The translations under genes were made by a program, and so were the position numbers. Below, piece after piece: positions 35,326-45,682 of a stretch of DNA of 64,000 nucleotides. Each line of letters starts with the position of its first letter. The first letter of the stretch is position 1. This stretch comes from Candidatus Latescibacterota bacterium. Lineage in GTDB: Bacteria > Latescibacterota > UBA2968 > UBA8231. The notes under the pieces are model-generated. The model saw nothing but the letters and a program-made list of their open reading frames with translations, was not told the origin of the DNA and did not search any database. The DNA lies in the NCBI GenBank assembly GCA_965204725.1, contig OZ242005.1:1664001-1728000 (forward strand), written 5' to 3'.

Positions 35326-37686
35326 CTAGAGCGTGCGCTCCGTCTCGACCACAACGAGCGACTCGACGATGTCCCCTTCGGCGATGTCGTCGAAGGCGGC
35401 AAACCCCATGCCGCACTCGAATCCCTCCGAGACCTCGCGCACGTCGTCCTTGAACCGCCGCAACGAGGTCAGCTCCCCGGTAAAGACGACTTGGCCCGCA
35501 CGCAAAATCCGCACCTGATTGCTGCGGGCGATGGTGCCGTCTTGGACCAAACAGCCGCCGATCGTCCCCATGCGGGACGAGGTAAAGATCTGGCGGATTT
35601 CGGCCCGGCCCACCACCTGTTCTTCGGTCGTCGGCGCCAAGAGGCCGGCCAGAGCGGCTCGCACATCCTCAATGACTTCGTAGATGATTCGGTAGTTGCG
35701 AATTTCCACGCCTTCTTGGGTGGCGAGGTCGCGGGCAGAGGGTTGGGTGGTTACGTGGAAACCGAGCAAAATGGCGTTGGAGGCCGCGGCCAACAGCACA
35801 TCCGATTCCGAGATGGCCCCCACCGCGCTGTGAATGACATTGACTCGCACTTCTTCGTGCGCGATGCGGCCCAACTCTTCGGCGATGGCCTCGACCGATC
35901 CATCGACATCGCCTTTGACCACCACCCGCAACTCTTGGATGTGGCCCTGCTGGATCTGATCGTGTAAATCGCTGAGCGTGACCGTGCGCAGCTTGCGGTG
36001 ATCCTGCTCGCGCTTGATGAGCTGCCGCCGCTGGCTCAGGTCTTTGGCCTCGCGCTCAGAGCTGGCAACGGCAAAAACGTCCCCCGCTTGCGGGACTCCG
36101 GGCAATCCAAGCACTTGGACGGGCACGGAGGGCTTCGCTTCTTGGACGCGCTGGCCGTGTTCGTCGAGCAGGGCGCGCACCCGGCCGCTGTGGACTCCGG
36201 TAATAAAAGGCTCACTCGGGCGCAACGTCCCCTCTTGCACCAAGACCGTGGCCACAGGGCCTCGCCCCTTGTCGAGGTGGGCTTCGACGATCGTCCCGCG
36301 GGCTTTCTTCTGGGGGTTGGCCTGCAACTCGAGCAATTCGGCCACGATGAGGAGCACTTCCAGCAAGTGGTCTATGCCCTGTCCGGTCTTGGCCGAGATT
36401 TCAGCGCAGGGAATCTGCCCGCCCCACTCTTCGACTAAGACGCCCCGCTCTGCTAATTCCCGCTTGATTTTGTCTGGGTCGGCCGTAGGTAAGTCGATTT
36501 TGTTGATCGCCACGACTAAGGGGACCTGCGCGGCCTTGGCGTGGTCGATCGCTTCAATGGTTTGTGGCATGACGCTGTCGTCGGCCGCCACGACTAGGAT
36601 TACGATGTCGGTTACTCGCGAACCGCGCGCCCGCATCGCCGTAAAAGCCGCATGCCCTGGGGTGTCGAGGAACGTCACGCCGCGCCCGTCTTCCACGCTG
36701 ATCACGTACGCCCCGATGTGCTGGGTAATGCCGCCCGACTCGCCTTCGGCCACCTTGCTTTCGCGCAAGTAGTCGAGCAATGAGGTTTTGCCGTGATCGA
36801 CGTGGCCCATCACGGTGATGACCGGCGGGCGCGGCTCGGGCTCGCCGATTTCTTCCTCCTCGACGATCTCCTCCAACTCAACTTCTTCAGCCTCCAGCGG
36901 CGCCACTTCAAAGCCCAACTCGTCGGCCAGCGTCTGCATGGTGTCCATATCGAGGCGTTGGTTGATGGTCGCCATGGTGCCCATCTGCAGACACAGGGCA
37001 ATTACTTCGCTGACCTTGACGCCGAGTTGTTCGGCAAATTCGCCGAGCGTGATAAACTCGCTCACCTTGATTTGGCGGACCGGACCGTCTTCTCCGGCGC
37101 CCTCTTCGTGCGGGCCGCGCTCGTAGCGGCGGCGCACCCGGCCCTCGTTGAGCTGGCTCAAGGTCCGCCGGACGCTTTCTTGCACCGCCTTGGCATCGGG
37201 CACCCCTTTGCGCCGCTTCCCCCGCCGGCGCTTGGGCGGCGACCCCGGCAAATTGGCCTGGGCCGTTACCTCCCGCTTCTCACCCAATTCGCGGATGCTT
37301 TCCAAGCCGTTTTGGCCCTTGCCGCGGCGGCGACCGCGACGACGACCGCCCCCACCCTCGGCCTTGTCGGGCAGCGGCGCGGTGCGCTCGTTGGCGAGCC
37401 CCTCAGTGCCCTGCTTGCGAGTTGCCGAGCCCTTTTCGCGGCGACGATCCGACCGCGATCGACCGGCTTGTTTGCGACTGTCCTCTTTGGCCTTCTGCCG
37501 CTTTACTTCCTCTATTGAGCTCTTCTTCTCTTCATCAAGCTTGCGGTTGATGGCCTCCAGCATCTCGGGCGTCACTACGCTCATGTGGCTCTTTACTTCC
37601 ATACCCAAGCCCTTGAGCATGGATATGAGCGCATCGCTGGACAGCTTCTGTTCCTTGGCTACTTGATAGACTCGGCGCTTTTCCAA
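35326..37686 (-). CDS. infB: Translation initiation factor IF-2
   Basis: MGHVDHGKTSLLD, GGITQHIGA, DTPGH, NKID. Confidence 0.98.
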   Translation of the reverse strand: MEKRRVYQVAKEQKLSSDALISMLKGLGMEVKSHMSVVTPEMLEAINRKLDEEKKSSIEEVKRQKAKEDSRKQAGRSRSDRRREKGSATRKQGTEGLANERTAPLPDKAEGGGGRRRGRRRGKGQNGLESIRELGEKREVTAQANLPGSPPKRRRGKRRKGVPDAKAVQESVRRTLSQLNEGRVRRRYERGPHEEGAGEDGPVRQIKVSEFITLGEFAEQLGVKVSEVIALCLQMGTMATINQRLDMDTMQTLADELGFEVAPLEAEEVELEEIVEEEEIGEPEPRPPVITVMGHVDHGKTSLLDYLRESKVAEGESGGITQHIGAYVISVEDGRGVTFLDTPGHAAFTAMRARGSRVTDIVILVVAADDSVMPQTIEAIDHAKAAQVPLVVAINKIDLPTADPDKIKRELAERGVLVEEWGGQIPCAEISAKTGQGIDHLLEVLLIVAELLELQANPQKKARGTIVEAHLDKGRGPVATVLVQEGTLRPSEPFITGVHSGRVRALLDEHGQRVQEAKPSVPVQVLGLPGVPQAGDVFAVASSEREAKDLSQRRQLIKREQDHRKLRTVTLSDLHDQIQQGHIQELRVVVKGDVDGSVEAIAEELGRIAHEEVRVNVIHSAVGAISESDVLLAAASNAILLGFHVTTQPSARDLATQEGVEIRNYRIIYEVIEDVRAALAGLLAPTTEEQVVGRAEIRQIFTSSRMGTIGGCLVQDGTIARSNQVRILRAGQVVFTGELTSLRRFKDDVREVSEGFECGMGFAAFDDIAEGDIVESLVVVETERTL

Positions 37687-37700
37687 AACGACTCCCTCAG

Positions 37701-39059
37701 CTACTCAACCCTTTGGTCTGCCTCATCGGCGGCGCGCACTTCTTCCTCCGCTGGCTCCGCTGCCTCTTCCTCCTCAGCAGCGGCCAATGACTCGATATCG
37801 ACCTCGCCGTGTTCGGCCAGATACGCGGCGGCCGCCGCCTTTACTCCGTGGGCGGTTTCGGCGAGCTCTAGCCCTGGCACGGTCTGCAATAGCTCCGGCT
37901 CGGCCTCGGCGACCGAGGCAATGGAGTTGAAACCGGACGTGGTCAAACTCAGGGCAATCAGTTCGCTAATGCCATCTATCTGGCGGAATACTTGCTGGTA
38001 CTGCTCCTGTTTGGCGCGGCGTTCTCGGTATTGCTCATCAGTGATAATATCGAGGCCCCAACCTGTGAGTTGGCTGGCGAGCTTGGTATTTTGCCCCCCC
38101 TTGCCAATGGCCAGCGATAGCTGCTCCTCTTCGACGATCACGACGGCGTGCCGGCGGCGCGAATCCGTGATGCAGCGCGTCACACTGGCTGGGCTTAGGG
38201 CCCGACTGATGAATATGTCCGGCTCGTCAATCCAAGGCACAATATCTATGCGCTCGCCGCTCAGCTCGCGGACGATGGCTTGCACCCGCGACCCCTTCAC
38301 TCCGACACAGGCTCCCACTGGATCGACGCGTTCGTCGCTGCTGCTGACCGCGATTTTTGCCCGCTCGCCCGGATCGCGGGCTACGCCGTGAATCTCGACG
38401 ATGCCCTCGGCTATCTCCGGCACTTCCGTCGCAAAGAGCTTGCGGAGGAATTCGGGCCGAGTGCGGGAGAGCAAAACCTGCGGCCCCCGGCTCGACTTGA
38501 GCACCTCGTATATATAGCCCCGCACAGCATCGCCTTGGCGATAGCGCTCGCGGCGGATTTGCTCTTTGTATGGAACGGCCGCTTCGGCCCGGCCGAGGTT
38601 GAGGATGATGTCGCCGTGGCTGATCTGCTGCACGGAACCCGACTCGACGAGGCCGACTCGGCCTATAAATTCGTCGTATATTCGCTCGCGCTCGGCTTCG
38701 CGGACCCGCTGAATGAGAATTTGCTTGGCGGTCTGGATGGCATTGCGGCCAAAGTCGGCGAAATTGAGTTGTTGCACCAGCACAGAGCCTAGCTGGACAT
38801 GCGGGTCTATGTCGCGGGCGTCGGCGAGGAGAATCTCCATGGACGGCTCGACCACTTCTTCGACGACGGTCTTGCGGGCGTACACGGCCATTTTGCCTTG
38901 GGCCGCGTCGATGTCAACTTCGTAATTTTCCGTATTGCCGTAGTGCCTTTTGGCGGCTGAAATCAGGGCGTCGGCGAGGGTCTGCACCACCAATTCCCGG
39001 TCGACGTTTTTTTCGCGGGCAATCTGTCCCAAAGCTTCAACAATGTTGGCGTTGTTCAT
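37701..39059 (-). CDS. nusA: Transcription termination factor NusA
   Basis: FGRNAIQTAKQ, DPVGACVG, LSLAIGKGGQN. Confidence 0.97.
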   Translation of the reverse strand: MNNANIVEALGQIAREKNVDRELVVQTLADALISAAKRHYGNTENYEVDIDAAQGKMAVYARKTVVEEVVEPSMEILLADARDIDPHVQLGSVLVQQLNFADFGRNAIQTAKQILIQRVREAERERIYDEFIGRVGLVESGSVQQISHGDIILNLGRAEAAVPYKEQIRRERYRQGDAVRGYIYEVLKSSRGPQVLLSRTRPEFLRKLFATEVPEIAEGIVEIHGVARDPGERAKIAVSSSDERVDPVGACVGVKGSRVQAIVRELSGERIDIVPWIDEPDIFISRALSPASVTRCITDSRRRHAVVIVEEEQLSLAIGKGGQNTKLASQLTGWGLDIITDEQYRERRAKQEQYQQVFRQIDGISELIALSLTTSGFNSIASVAEAEPELLQTVPGLELAETAHGVKAAAAAYLAEHGEVDIESLAAAEEEEAAEPAEEEVRAADEADQRVE

Positions 39060-39080
39060 GTTTTGCTCGCCCTTTGATGC

Positions 39081-39533
39081 TTACAATTCTGGTTCGATGG
39101 TGGCTCTGGCAATGTCGGCCCGCGCTACGAGCTTAGCGGGGCTATCGAGCTGAATCTGGTCGGCTTCCCAAGCGACCAGCCGGCCTATGACGACTCGGCC
39201 AGAGGTGAGAACGACTTTTAGCAACCGGCCCCGGGCGCGGGTGAAGTCCCCATCCGTTGTTAGGGGCCGGGCTAATCCCGGGGAGGTAACTTCGAGCCGA
39301 TACCGGCCGGCAATCGGGTCTTCTATGTCAAAAAGATCGGCCACTTCGCGACTGATTGACTCGCAGGTGGCCAGTGTTATGCCGCAATTTTTGTGAACCA
39401 ATAATCGAACTAGCTGATTGCCGCGGACGCCGCTGAGTTCGATATCGACGAGTTCGGCCTCGTGCTCGCGGATAATGGGCTCGGCAAGCGCGATTAGATC
39501 GGCCTTTAATGCGAATTTATCTACAGCGGAAAT
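39081..39533 (-). CDS. rimP: Ribosome maturation factor RimP (probable ATT start)
   Basis: LAEPII...ELVDIE...GITL..C..ISR...YRLEVTSPGL.RPL; frame is open upstream of 39401 with no ATG/GTG/TTG. Confidence 0.88.
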   Translation of the reverse strand: MSAVDKFALKADLIALAEPIIREHEAELVDIELSGVRGNQLVRLLVHKNCGITLATCESISREVADLFDIEDPIAGRYRLEVTSPGLARPLTTDGDFTRARGRLLKVVLTSGRVVIGRLVAWEADQIQLDSPAKLVARADIARATIEPEL

Positions 39534-39550
39534 ACGCGCTTTCCCCAGTA

Positions 39551-39580
39551 AGAAAAAAGTGGGCTAGTGACGCCCACTTG
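39551..39580 (-). promoter_or_regulatory. rimP leader terminator-like hairpin
   Basis: AAGTGGGC-GTCACTA-GCCCACTT-TTTT directly upstream of rimP. Confidence 0.75.
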
Positions 39581-39647
39581 GGATTATAAAATATGGGATT
39601 GTATTGATTTAGGCAAGACGACTTAACAGCCCTTGCCAAATGCCAAG

Positions 39648-40052
39648 TCAGAGGAGGCGCAAAATCTCGCGCAGCTCCTTTTGGGCCTCTTCAATCGCTC
39701 TGAATGCGGCCTCCCGGTCCGGTGCGGGTGCGGGCGAAACGGGCCGGTCCTGCTGTTTAGCGCCCAAAGCAGGTACTGGTTCGCCCGCTTGGTGCAGGAG
39801 CTCGGGCTCGTCTTTGAGCTTCTTCTTTACGCCCTGCGTCGTATAGCCCTCCTCGTAGAGGAGGCGTTTGAGCAACAAGATGATCCCTATATCGCGCTCC
39901 CTATACGCTCTGTTTTTACCCCCGCGCGCACGCCGCGGCCGCAAACAGGCAAACTCCTTTTCCCACGCCCTGAGCGTATAGGGTTGCAGTTGGGTGAGCT
40001 CTGCGACCTCGCTGATGCTGTAATACAGCTTATTTTGCAATGGATTTTTCAC
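39648..40052 (-). CDS. MerR family transcriptional regulator
   Basis: KLYYSISEVA...LRAWEKEF..L.P...RAY...LLYEEGYT. Confidence 0.9.
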   Translation of the reverse strand: MKNPLQNKLYYSISEVAELTQLQPYTLRAWEKEFACLRPRRARGGKNRAYRERDIGIILLLKRLLYEEGYTTQGVKKKLKDEPELLHQAGEPVPALGAKQQDRPVSPAPAPDREAAFRAIEEAQKELREILRLL

Positions 40053-41419
40053 GATCGCACTTCCCTAGATCTAGCTCTCTTAGACTCCTTGCGCCGACGC
40101 CAGACGATGCGCAGGGGCGTTCCCTCAAAATCAAATTCCGACCGCAGTCGATTTTCGATGTGGCGTCGATAATTCCCGGGCACGGCGCGGGGCAGATTCG
40201 TAAAGATCGTAAACGCCGGCGGGTTGATCCCGTGTTGGGTAGCGTAGAGCAGGCGGATGTCTCGGCCCTCTTGCGTCGCCAAGTACTCGCCGGAGAGTTG
40301 CTGAATGATCTTGTTCAAGCGCGGGGTGGGAATCCGCGTCCGGCGCTTGTTGCCCACGGCGGTCACCACTTCGAGGCACTTATGGACCCGCCGCCCGGTC
40401 AAGCCCGATATGCACAGCACCGGATAGTCGCGCAAAAAGGGATAGCGGTCGCGCAACGCACGGCGGTACTCGGCCGCGGTGCCCGCGGCGACCAAATCCC
40501 ACTTGTTGATCGCCACCACCAAGCCGCCGCCAGATTTTATTACTTGCTCCATGATGCGGACATCCTGCATAACCCACCCCTCGTCGCCATCTAGGAGCAC
40601 GACCGCCACATCGGCTTGGGCAATGCTGCTGGCCGCCCGGCGCGTGCTGTAGAACTCGACCGGATCACCCACCTTAGATCGCCGCCGCAAACCGGCCGTA
40701 TCTACGAACAGTAGATGGCTATTCTGCCAAGTCAAGCGCAGTTGAGTGGGGTCCCGGGTGGTCCCGGGCCGGGGGTGGACGATGGAAACCTGCTCGCCGG
40801 CGAGGCGGTTGATCAGCGTAGATTTGCCCACGTTGGGCCGCCCGACCAAAGCGACCCGGATCGCCTCTGCATCCCATTCCGGCCCATGAGCCACCGCCTC
40901 GTCAAACAGGGCAATGAGCGCGTCGAGCAAGGCACCGGATCGCCGCCCGGTAACGGCCGAAATCGGCCGAGGCTCCCCCAAGCCGAGCCGGTAGAATTCG
41001 TCGAGCGAAGCGACCGGCCCAACCTCATCGATCTTGTTGACGGCCAGCAGGCACTTCCCGCCCCCGCTGCGCAGCATGGTCCCCATCTCTTGGTCGAGAT
41101 CGGTCAAACCCGTGGTCGCATCGCAGAGAAAAATCGCTACATCCGCCTCGGCCAGTGCCTTGGCCGCTTGCGAGCGCACGGCCGCGGCTAGCGCATCTTG
41201 GACCCTCGGCATATAGCCCCCGGTATCAACCAGCGTGAAAGACCGCCCTCCCCACTCGGCCGCGGCGAATATCGGGTCGCGCGTGACCCCGGGCTGGCCG
41301 TCGGTTATGGCCCACCGGGTCCCCAAGATGCGGTTGAAAAGGGTTGACTTGCCCACGTTGGGCCGCCCGACGATCGCCACGATGGGCCGGCGATGGTTTT
41401 CGACGGTTTGGGTGTTCAC
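40049..41419 (-). CDS. der: Ribosome biogenesis GTPase Der
   Basis: Two GRPNVGKST G-domains, DTGG/DTAG, C-terminal KH-like F.F.GTP. Confidence 0.96.
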   Translation of the reverse strand: MNTQTVENHRRPIVAIVGRPNVGKSTLFNRILGTRWAITDGQPGVTRDPIFAAAEWGGRSFTLVDTGGYMPRVQDALAAAVRSQAAKALAEADVAIFLCDATTGLTDLDQEMGTMLRSGGGKCLLAVNKIDEVGPVASLDEFYRLGLGEPRPISAVTGRRSGALLDALIALFDEAVAHGPEWDAEAIRVALVGRPNVGKSTLINRLAGEQVSIVHPRPGTTRDPTQLRLTWQNSHLLFVDTAGLRRRSKVGDPVEFYSTRRAASSIAQADVAVVLLDGDEGWVMQDVRIMEQVIKSGGGLVVAINKWDLVAAGTAAEYRRALRDRYPFLRDYPVLCISGLTGRRVHKCLEVVTAVGNKRRTRIPTPRLNKIIQQLSGEYLATQEGRDIRLLYATQHGINPPAFTIFTNLPRAVPGNYRRHIENRLRSEFDFEGTPLRIVWRRRKESKRARSREVRS

Positions 41420-42789
41420 TTTTCCCGCCCTTCGCGCCCTATGTAATAGCCCAGCTCGGTCAACTGCCGTCCTTCTCCTTGTACTTTAACGCCAACGCGC
41501 CGCTCGGCCCAAAAGCCCTCGAGCGATTCGACCAAGTCGTATCCCCCTACCGCGAGGGGGACCCCGACCTCTTCCGCGAGTTGTGGCACGGTCCGGTCGT
41601 CGAGCGTCAGGCCCTCGCCATTGACGCAATTGGGCGGCAACAAGACCAAATCCCGCTGAATGCCATCGCGCACCCGCGCCGCCATATCGCGGCCGGTCAG
41701 CAGGCCCGATACCGTGATGCCGTGGCCGAAAAAGTCGTTATCTACCGGCAGGAGATCAATCTGTACGTTCTCAATGGCGTTCAGCCTAGGCATTAGGGGC
41801 GCGAGCATGGGCTCGGCCAAGCGGCCGGTCAGCAAGCCGATCCGCACGGCCTGAGCCACGCGCCCGGGCAGCCGCTTGCTCGCCTCGTCCCAAGTGTCGA
41901 GGAAGGAGCGGGACATGCCGATGCCGTTTTCGAGCTGGGGAAACGCATCGTAATACGACGCCTCGGGCAGAGGCCGCCCCATCAGCAGAAAGATCTCGTC
42001 GGCCGCATAGACAAACCGCTCGCCAAAGCGCGCTTTGAATTGCGCGCCCCACGCTTGGGCTGCGTCCGCGTACTCAGCGGCCTTGGCCGGGGTCACCGGA
42101 TCGAGCGCGACGAGCCGGTGCCGGTGATCGGTCAGCCCCACGGGCACCAACGCCACCGAGCGCACCGCGGGATAGTACGCCGACAGATCGGCCACCGTGC
42201 GCGCGAGGTGCGGCCCGTCGTTCCAGCCCGGGCAGAGCACGACTTGGGTGTGCATTTCAATGCCGTGGGCCGCTAGTTTGCGCAAGCGCTCGGTGATATC
42301 GACCGTCGCTTTCGTGCGGCCGAGCATGACTTGCCTCAGCTCGGGGTCGGTGGCATGGACGGAGATGTACTGCGGCGTCAGCCCTTGTTCAATGATGCGG
42401 TCAATATCGCTTTCGCGGACATTGGTCAAGGTCACGTACGAGCCGTGGAGGAAGGAGAGCCGAAAATCGTCGTCCTCAAAATACAGGCTGCGCCGCATGC
42501 CCTTGGGCATTTGATGGATGAAGCAGAAGACGCATTTGTTGTTGCAGCTACGCAAGCGCATATCTTCAAAGACCAGCCCTAGGGACTCGCCGCTTTGGCG
42601 CTCAATTTCGGCCTCGTACCGGTCTTCGCCGCGCTCGATTTCTACGCAGATCACATCCTCGGCGCTGGCGACCTGAACGTCGATCAAATCGCGTACTGCT
42701 TCGCCATTGATGCACAAAATGCGATCGCCAATGCAAAACCCCGCCCGCGCCCCGAGGCTGTTGGGCTCGATGTCTTTTACGACAACCAT
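41416..42789 (-). CDS. PDZ + DUF512 radical-SAM-like protein
   Basis: CNNKCVFCFIHQMP, DDDFRLSFL.GSYVTLTN, QLENGIG. Confidence 0.9.
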   Translation of the reverse strand: MVVVKDIEPNSLGARAGFCIGDRILCINGEAVRDLIDVQVASAEDVICVEIERGEDRYEAEIERQSGESLGLVFEDMRLRSCNNKCVFCFIHQMPKGMRRSLYFEDDDFRLSFLHGSYVTLTNVRESDIDRIIEQGLTPQYISVHATDPELRQVMLGRTKATVDITERLRKLAAHGIEMHTQVVLCPGWNDGPHLARTVADLSAYYPAVRSVALVPVGLTDHRHRLVALDPVTPAKAAEYADAAQAWGAQFKARFGERFVYAADEIFLLMGRPLPEASYYDAFPQLENGIGMSRSFLDTWDEASKRLPGRVAQAVRIGLLTGRLAEPMLAPLMPRLNAIENVQIDLLPVDNDFFGHGITVSGLLTGRDMAARVRDGIQRDLVLLPPNCVNGEGLTLDDRTVPQLAEEVGVPLAVGGYDLVESLEGFWAERRVGVKVQGEGRQLTELGYYIGREGREK

Positions 42790-42895
42790 AGTGAATTAAG
42801 CAATTAGTCTGCGCTATGTATCATGCTGTGGGGCAAGATGTTTTATTGGGTCAAAGGTATGTGGATCGTACGCCATCGGCAATACCTCGGGCAGA

Positions 42896-42932
42896 AATAA
42901 AAAATCCGCCCGACCACGTTGGCCGGGCGGAT
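42896..42932 (-). terminator. Terminator after tRNA-Gly
   Basis: ATCCGCCCG(G/A)CCA stem followed by a T-run on the minus strand. Confidence 0.7.
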
Positions 42933-42934
42933 GA

Positions 42935-43009
42935 TGGAGCGGGAGACGGGAATCGAACCCGCGACATCAAGCTTGGGAAGCTTGCGCTCTACCCCTGAGC
43001 TACTCCCGC
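42935..43009 (-). tRNA. tRNA-Gly(CCC)
   Basis: GCGGGAG acceptor, CAAGC-TT-CCC-AA-GCTTG arm, GGTTCGATTCC, CCA. Confidence 0.96.
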
Positions 43010-43019
43010 TAATTTTCGT

Positions 43020-43994
43020 TCATAAGGTAGAAGCGGCCCCAACCCCTGTCAACCCAGCCCCTCGGCCCCAGCGATACTCCCACTCGCCGACGATGCGCTC
43101 GACGACGCCGGTCTTTCCCCACACATCGAGGTCTAATTCGCGCAAGCGCCGATCGCGGCGGCACCACGTCATTTGTCGTTTGGCCAAGCGCCGGGTGCGC
43201 TGTTTGGTGCGCTCAACGGCTTCTTGCCAAGGGCAATGCCCGGCCAGTGCGCTGCACAGTTCAAAATAGCCCAAAGTCCCCAAGGCGCTATCGCCGCGAT
43301 CGTACCCCATGGCGCGCAAGGCGCGCACTTCTTCGATCCATCCTCGTTCTACCATCCGATCGACCCGCTCGTCAATCCGCTCGTAGAGCCGGCTACGCGC
43401 CATGGTCAGGCTGATCATCTGCGGCTGCCGCACCCAAGGCCGCCCCGCCCGCTCCCGCCATAGCGTGCTGAGCGCACCCTTTCCGGCCAGCGCGACCTCC
43501 AACGCCCGCAGGATCCGCTGCCCGTCGCCCGGGTGCAACCGCGCTTGCGCGATGGGATCCCGGCGGCCCAACTCCTCGTATAGGGCGGCAAGCCCCTCGC
43601 AATGCAGGCGATTTTGCAATTCGGCGCGGATCGGCGCGTATTCGGTTTCGTCCTCAAAGCAGCCATCCAATGCACTCTGCCAGTACAGGCCCGTCCCGCC
43701 GACCATGATGGGCAGGCCCCCTCTGCTCCAGATCTGCTCAACGACGCGCCGTGCGGCTCGCGCATACGCTCCCGCGCTGTAGTTTTGCTCGGGATCGAGC
43801 ACATCGAGCAAGTGATGGGGGCATTGGTTTTGCTGTTCAGCAGTTGGCTTGGCTGTGCCGATATCCAAGTAGCGATAGATTTGCCGCGAGTCGGCTGAGA
43901 TGATTTCCACTTTGGGCAAGTGCTGGGCTGCTTGGAGGGCTATTTCTGTTTTGCCGGTGGCGGTGGGGCCGGTGATTAGGATGAGGGGTAACAT
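43020..43994 (-). CDS. miaA: tRNA dimethylallyltransferase
   Basis: GPTATGKT, ISADSRQIY, DIGTAKP, GGTGLY, AKRQMTW. Confidence 0.96.
   Translation of the reverse strand: MLPLILITGPTATGKTEIALQAAQHLPKVEIISADSRQIYRYLDIGTAKPTAEQQNQCPHHLLDVLDPEQNYSAGAYARAARRVVEQIWSRGGLPIMVGGTGLYWQSALDGCFEDETEYAPIRAELQNRLHCEGLAALYEELGRRDPIAQARLHPGDGQRILRALEVALAGKGALSTLWRERAGRPWVRQPQMISLTMARSRLYERIDERVDRMVERGWIEEVRALRAMGYDRGDSALGTLGYFELCSALAGHCPWQEAVERTKQRTRRLAKRQMTWCRRDRRLRELDLDVWGKTGVVERIVGEWEYRWGRGAGLTGVGAASTL
43024..43052 (-). promoter_or_regulatory. tRNA-Gly promoter inside the miaA 3' end
   Basis: TTGACA-N17-TACCTT. Confidence 0.6.
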
Positions 43995-44011
43995 AATCAC
44001 AATTATAGGAA

Positions 44012-45682
44012 CTATTCAACCGACTCCTCTTTCTCTAACAAGGCCGGCTCCACGATGATCGTTTTCTCGCGGCGCAACAGGGCCTGCCCGGGTGCGCCGC
44101 CCCGCGGCTTGGTGACGTGTTTTACCAAGGTGTACGCCACGGAGACCTTTTTCGCTGTCTTGCCCTTGCTCCAATACGCGGCTAAGGCCGCAGCCTCCTC
44201 AATCGTCTGCTTGCTGGGGGCTTCCTTGCGGCCTCCGCTCCGCAGGACGACGTGCGAGCCCGAGTACCCCCGGGCGTGAAACCACCAATCGTTTTGGGCG
44301 GCCATTTTGTGCGTCAGCACATCGTTTTCCTTGTTGTTGCGCCCGGCCCACACCGACCACCCCGTGGAGGTCCTATAGCGCCGGGGATGGGCCTGGGGCG
44401 GCTTGCTCGCCCTTTTGTCGGTGCGGGTCACCTTGCTCTCCAACCAGTTTTGCAGCGCGGCGTCGGCTTCCCAAGTACCGGCATCCACCGCGCCGACCCA
44501 ATGCTCGTATTGGATGCACTGACGCCTGAGCTGGGCTAGGTGCTGCGGCAGGACTTGTTGGCGGCGCTCGTATTTTTGCGCGGTCTTTAGATAGAATGCG
44601 GCGTTTTCCGCCAAGCTGCGATTTACATCCAAATCGATGCGCAGCGTCGAGCGTCCCTCCGAATCGAAGAGGTCGGCGAGCTCTACGTGCGCGGGCCGCC
44701 CGGATAGCTGCCCCATGTTGGCCCACAGCGCGTGGCCTTTGCGCTTGTATTCCTCGGCACGGGCCGCCTCATCGAGATCGACTTGCAGGGCGGCCAAACG
44801 CCGCCGGGCATTTTTTAAGGCTTGGCTCAGCCGGCGGCGGAGTTGCTGCTGCGTCTTTTGCGCCCGGCGGTGTGCCCGCTCCTTTTGGCACACCGCCCAT
44901 ATCCCGGTGCTAACCGCGTCAAACGGCTCGTAGGCCCCTTGCAACCGACGCGGCTCAAGGGCGGAAACACAAAACCGGCCCGCCTCTTGCCACACGTAGC
45001 TGCGGCCCGACGGCGCACGGGTGTACGCCTCGGTGGCCGCGGCCCATAAGGCGGCCGGCTCGTCGGCCCCGGACAGCTGGCTACGGAAGATCAGTTCGCG
45101 CACCACCGCACGATCCGCTCCGGCCAACCAGCGGCGCGCGGCTTTTTCCAAGGGGGCATCCGCGCTCGCCAGCCGGTCGCACCACGTGCTGAGCGCGTCC
45201 GTGCCGGGCAGCAGGCGGCCCGACGGTTTGGGCGGCTGGTACGACGTACCCACGAGCGACTTGTCCTTGGCCATGCCCCAGTAGCCCAAAATCGCGCCAT
45301 CGGCTTGGCGATGGAGAACGAACCGCACCTTGTTGGGAATGAGTTCACACACCAAGACGCCAAAGCTCGTCCGGCCGGCGCGGTCCCGGCGCTCTAGGCG
45401 CAAGCGCAGGACGCGCTCTCGGCCCTCGGCTTCGACGGCCGCGACCCGCGCACGCACCAAGTACTTTTCCGGGCCATCGCCCGCCCGCCAAGGCCGCGGC
45501 CAAGCCTCCGGCCGCAGGCAGAGCAAGCCCTCCCGGCCACTCGCGCCGTACAGCCACTCGCCCTCGTCCACCGCCAAGGCCAGTTCCGTCGACTGGGCAT
45601 AGGCCCGCTCGATGAGCGCCCCTTGCAGGCGCGCCCGCAACTCCTGCGCGAGGGCCTGAATGGTGAAGTAATCAAACGCCAT
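44012..45682 (-). CDS. NFACT / RqcH (FbpA-like) ribosome quality control protein
   Basis: MAFD N-terminus; GRNNKEND.LT, DWWFHA, GSHVVL. Confidence 0.9.
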   Translation of the reverse strand: MAFDYFTIQALAQELRARLQGALIERAYAQSTELALAVDEGEWLYGASGREGLLCLRPEAWPRPWRAGDGPEKYLVRARVAAVEAEGRERVLRLRLERRDRAGRTSFGVLVCELIPNKVRFVLHRQADGAILGYWGMAKDKSLVGTSYQPPKPSGRLLPGTDALSTWCDRLASADAPLEKAARRWLAGADRAVVRELIFRSQLSGADEPAALWAAATEAYTRAPSGRSYVWQEAGRFCVSALEPRRLQGAYEPFDAVSTGIWAVCQKERAHRRAQKTQQQLRRRLSQALKNARRRLAALQVDLDEAARAEEYKRKGHALWANMGQLSGRPAHVELADLFDSEGRSTLRIDLDVNRSLAENAAFYLKTAQKYERRQQVLPQHLAQLRRQCIQYEHWVGAVDAGTWEADAALQNWLESKVTRTDKRASKPPQAHPRRYRTSTGWSVWAGRNNKENDVLTHKMAAQNDWWFHARGYSGSHVVLRSGGRKEAPSKQTIEEAAALAAYWSKGKTAKKVSVAYTLVKHVTKPRGGAPGQALLRREKTIIVEPALLEKEESVE

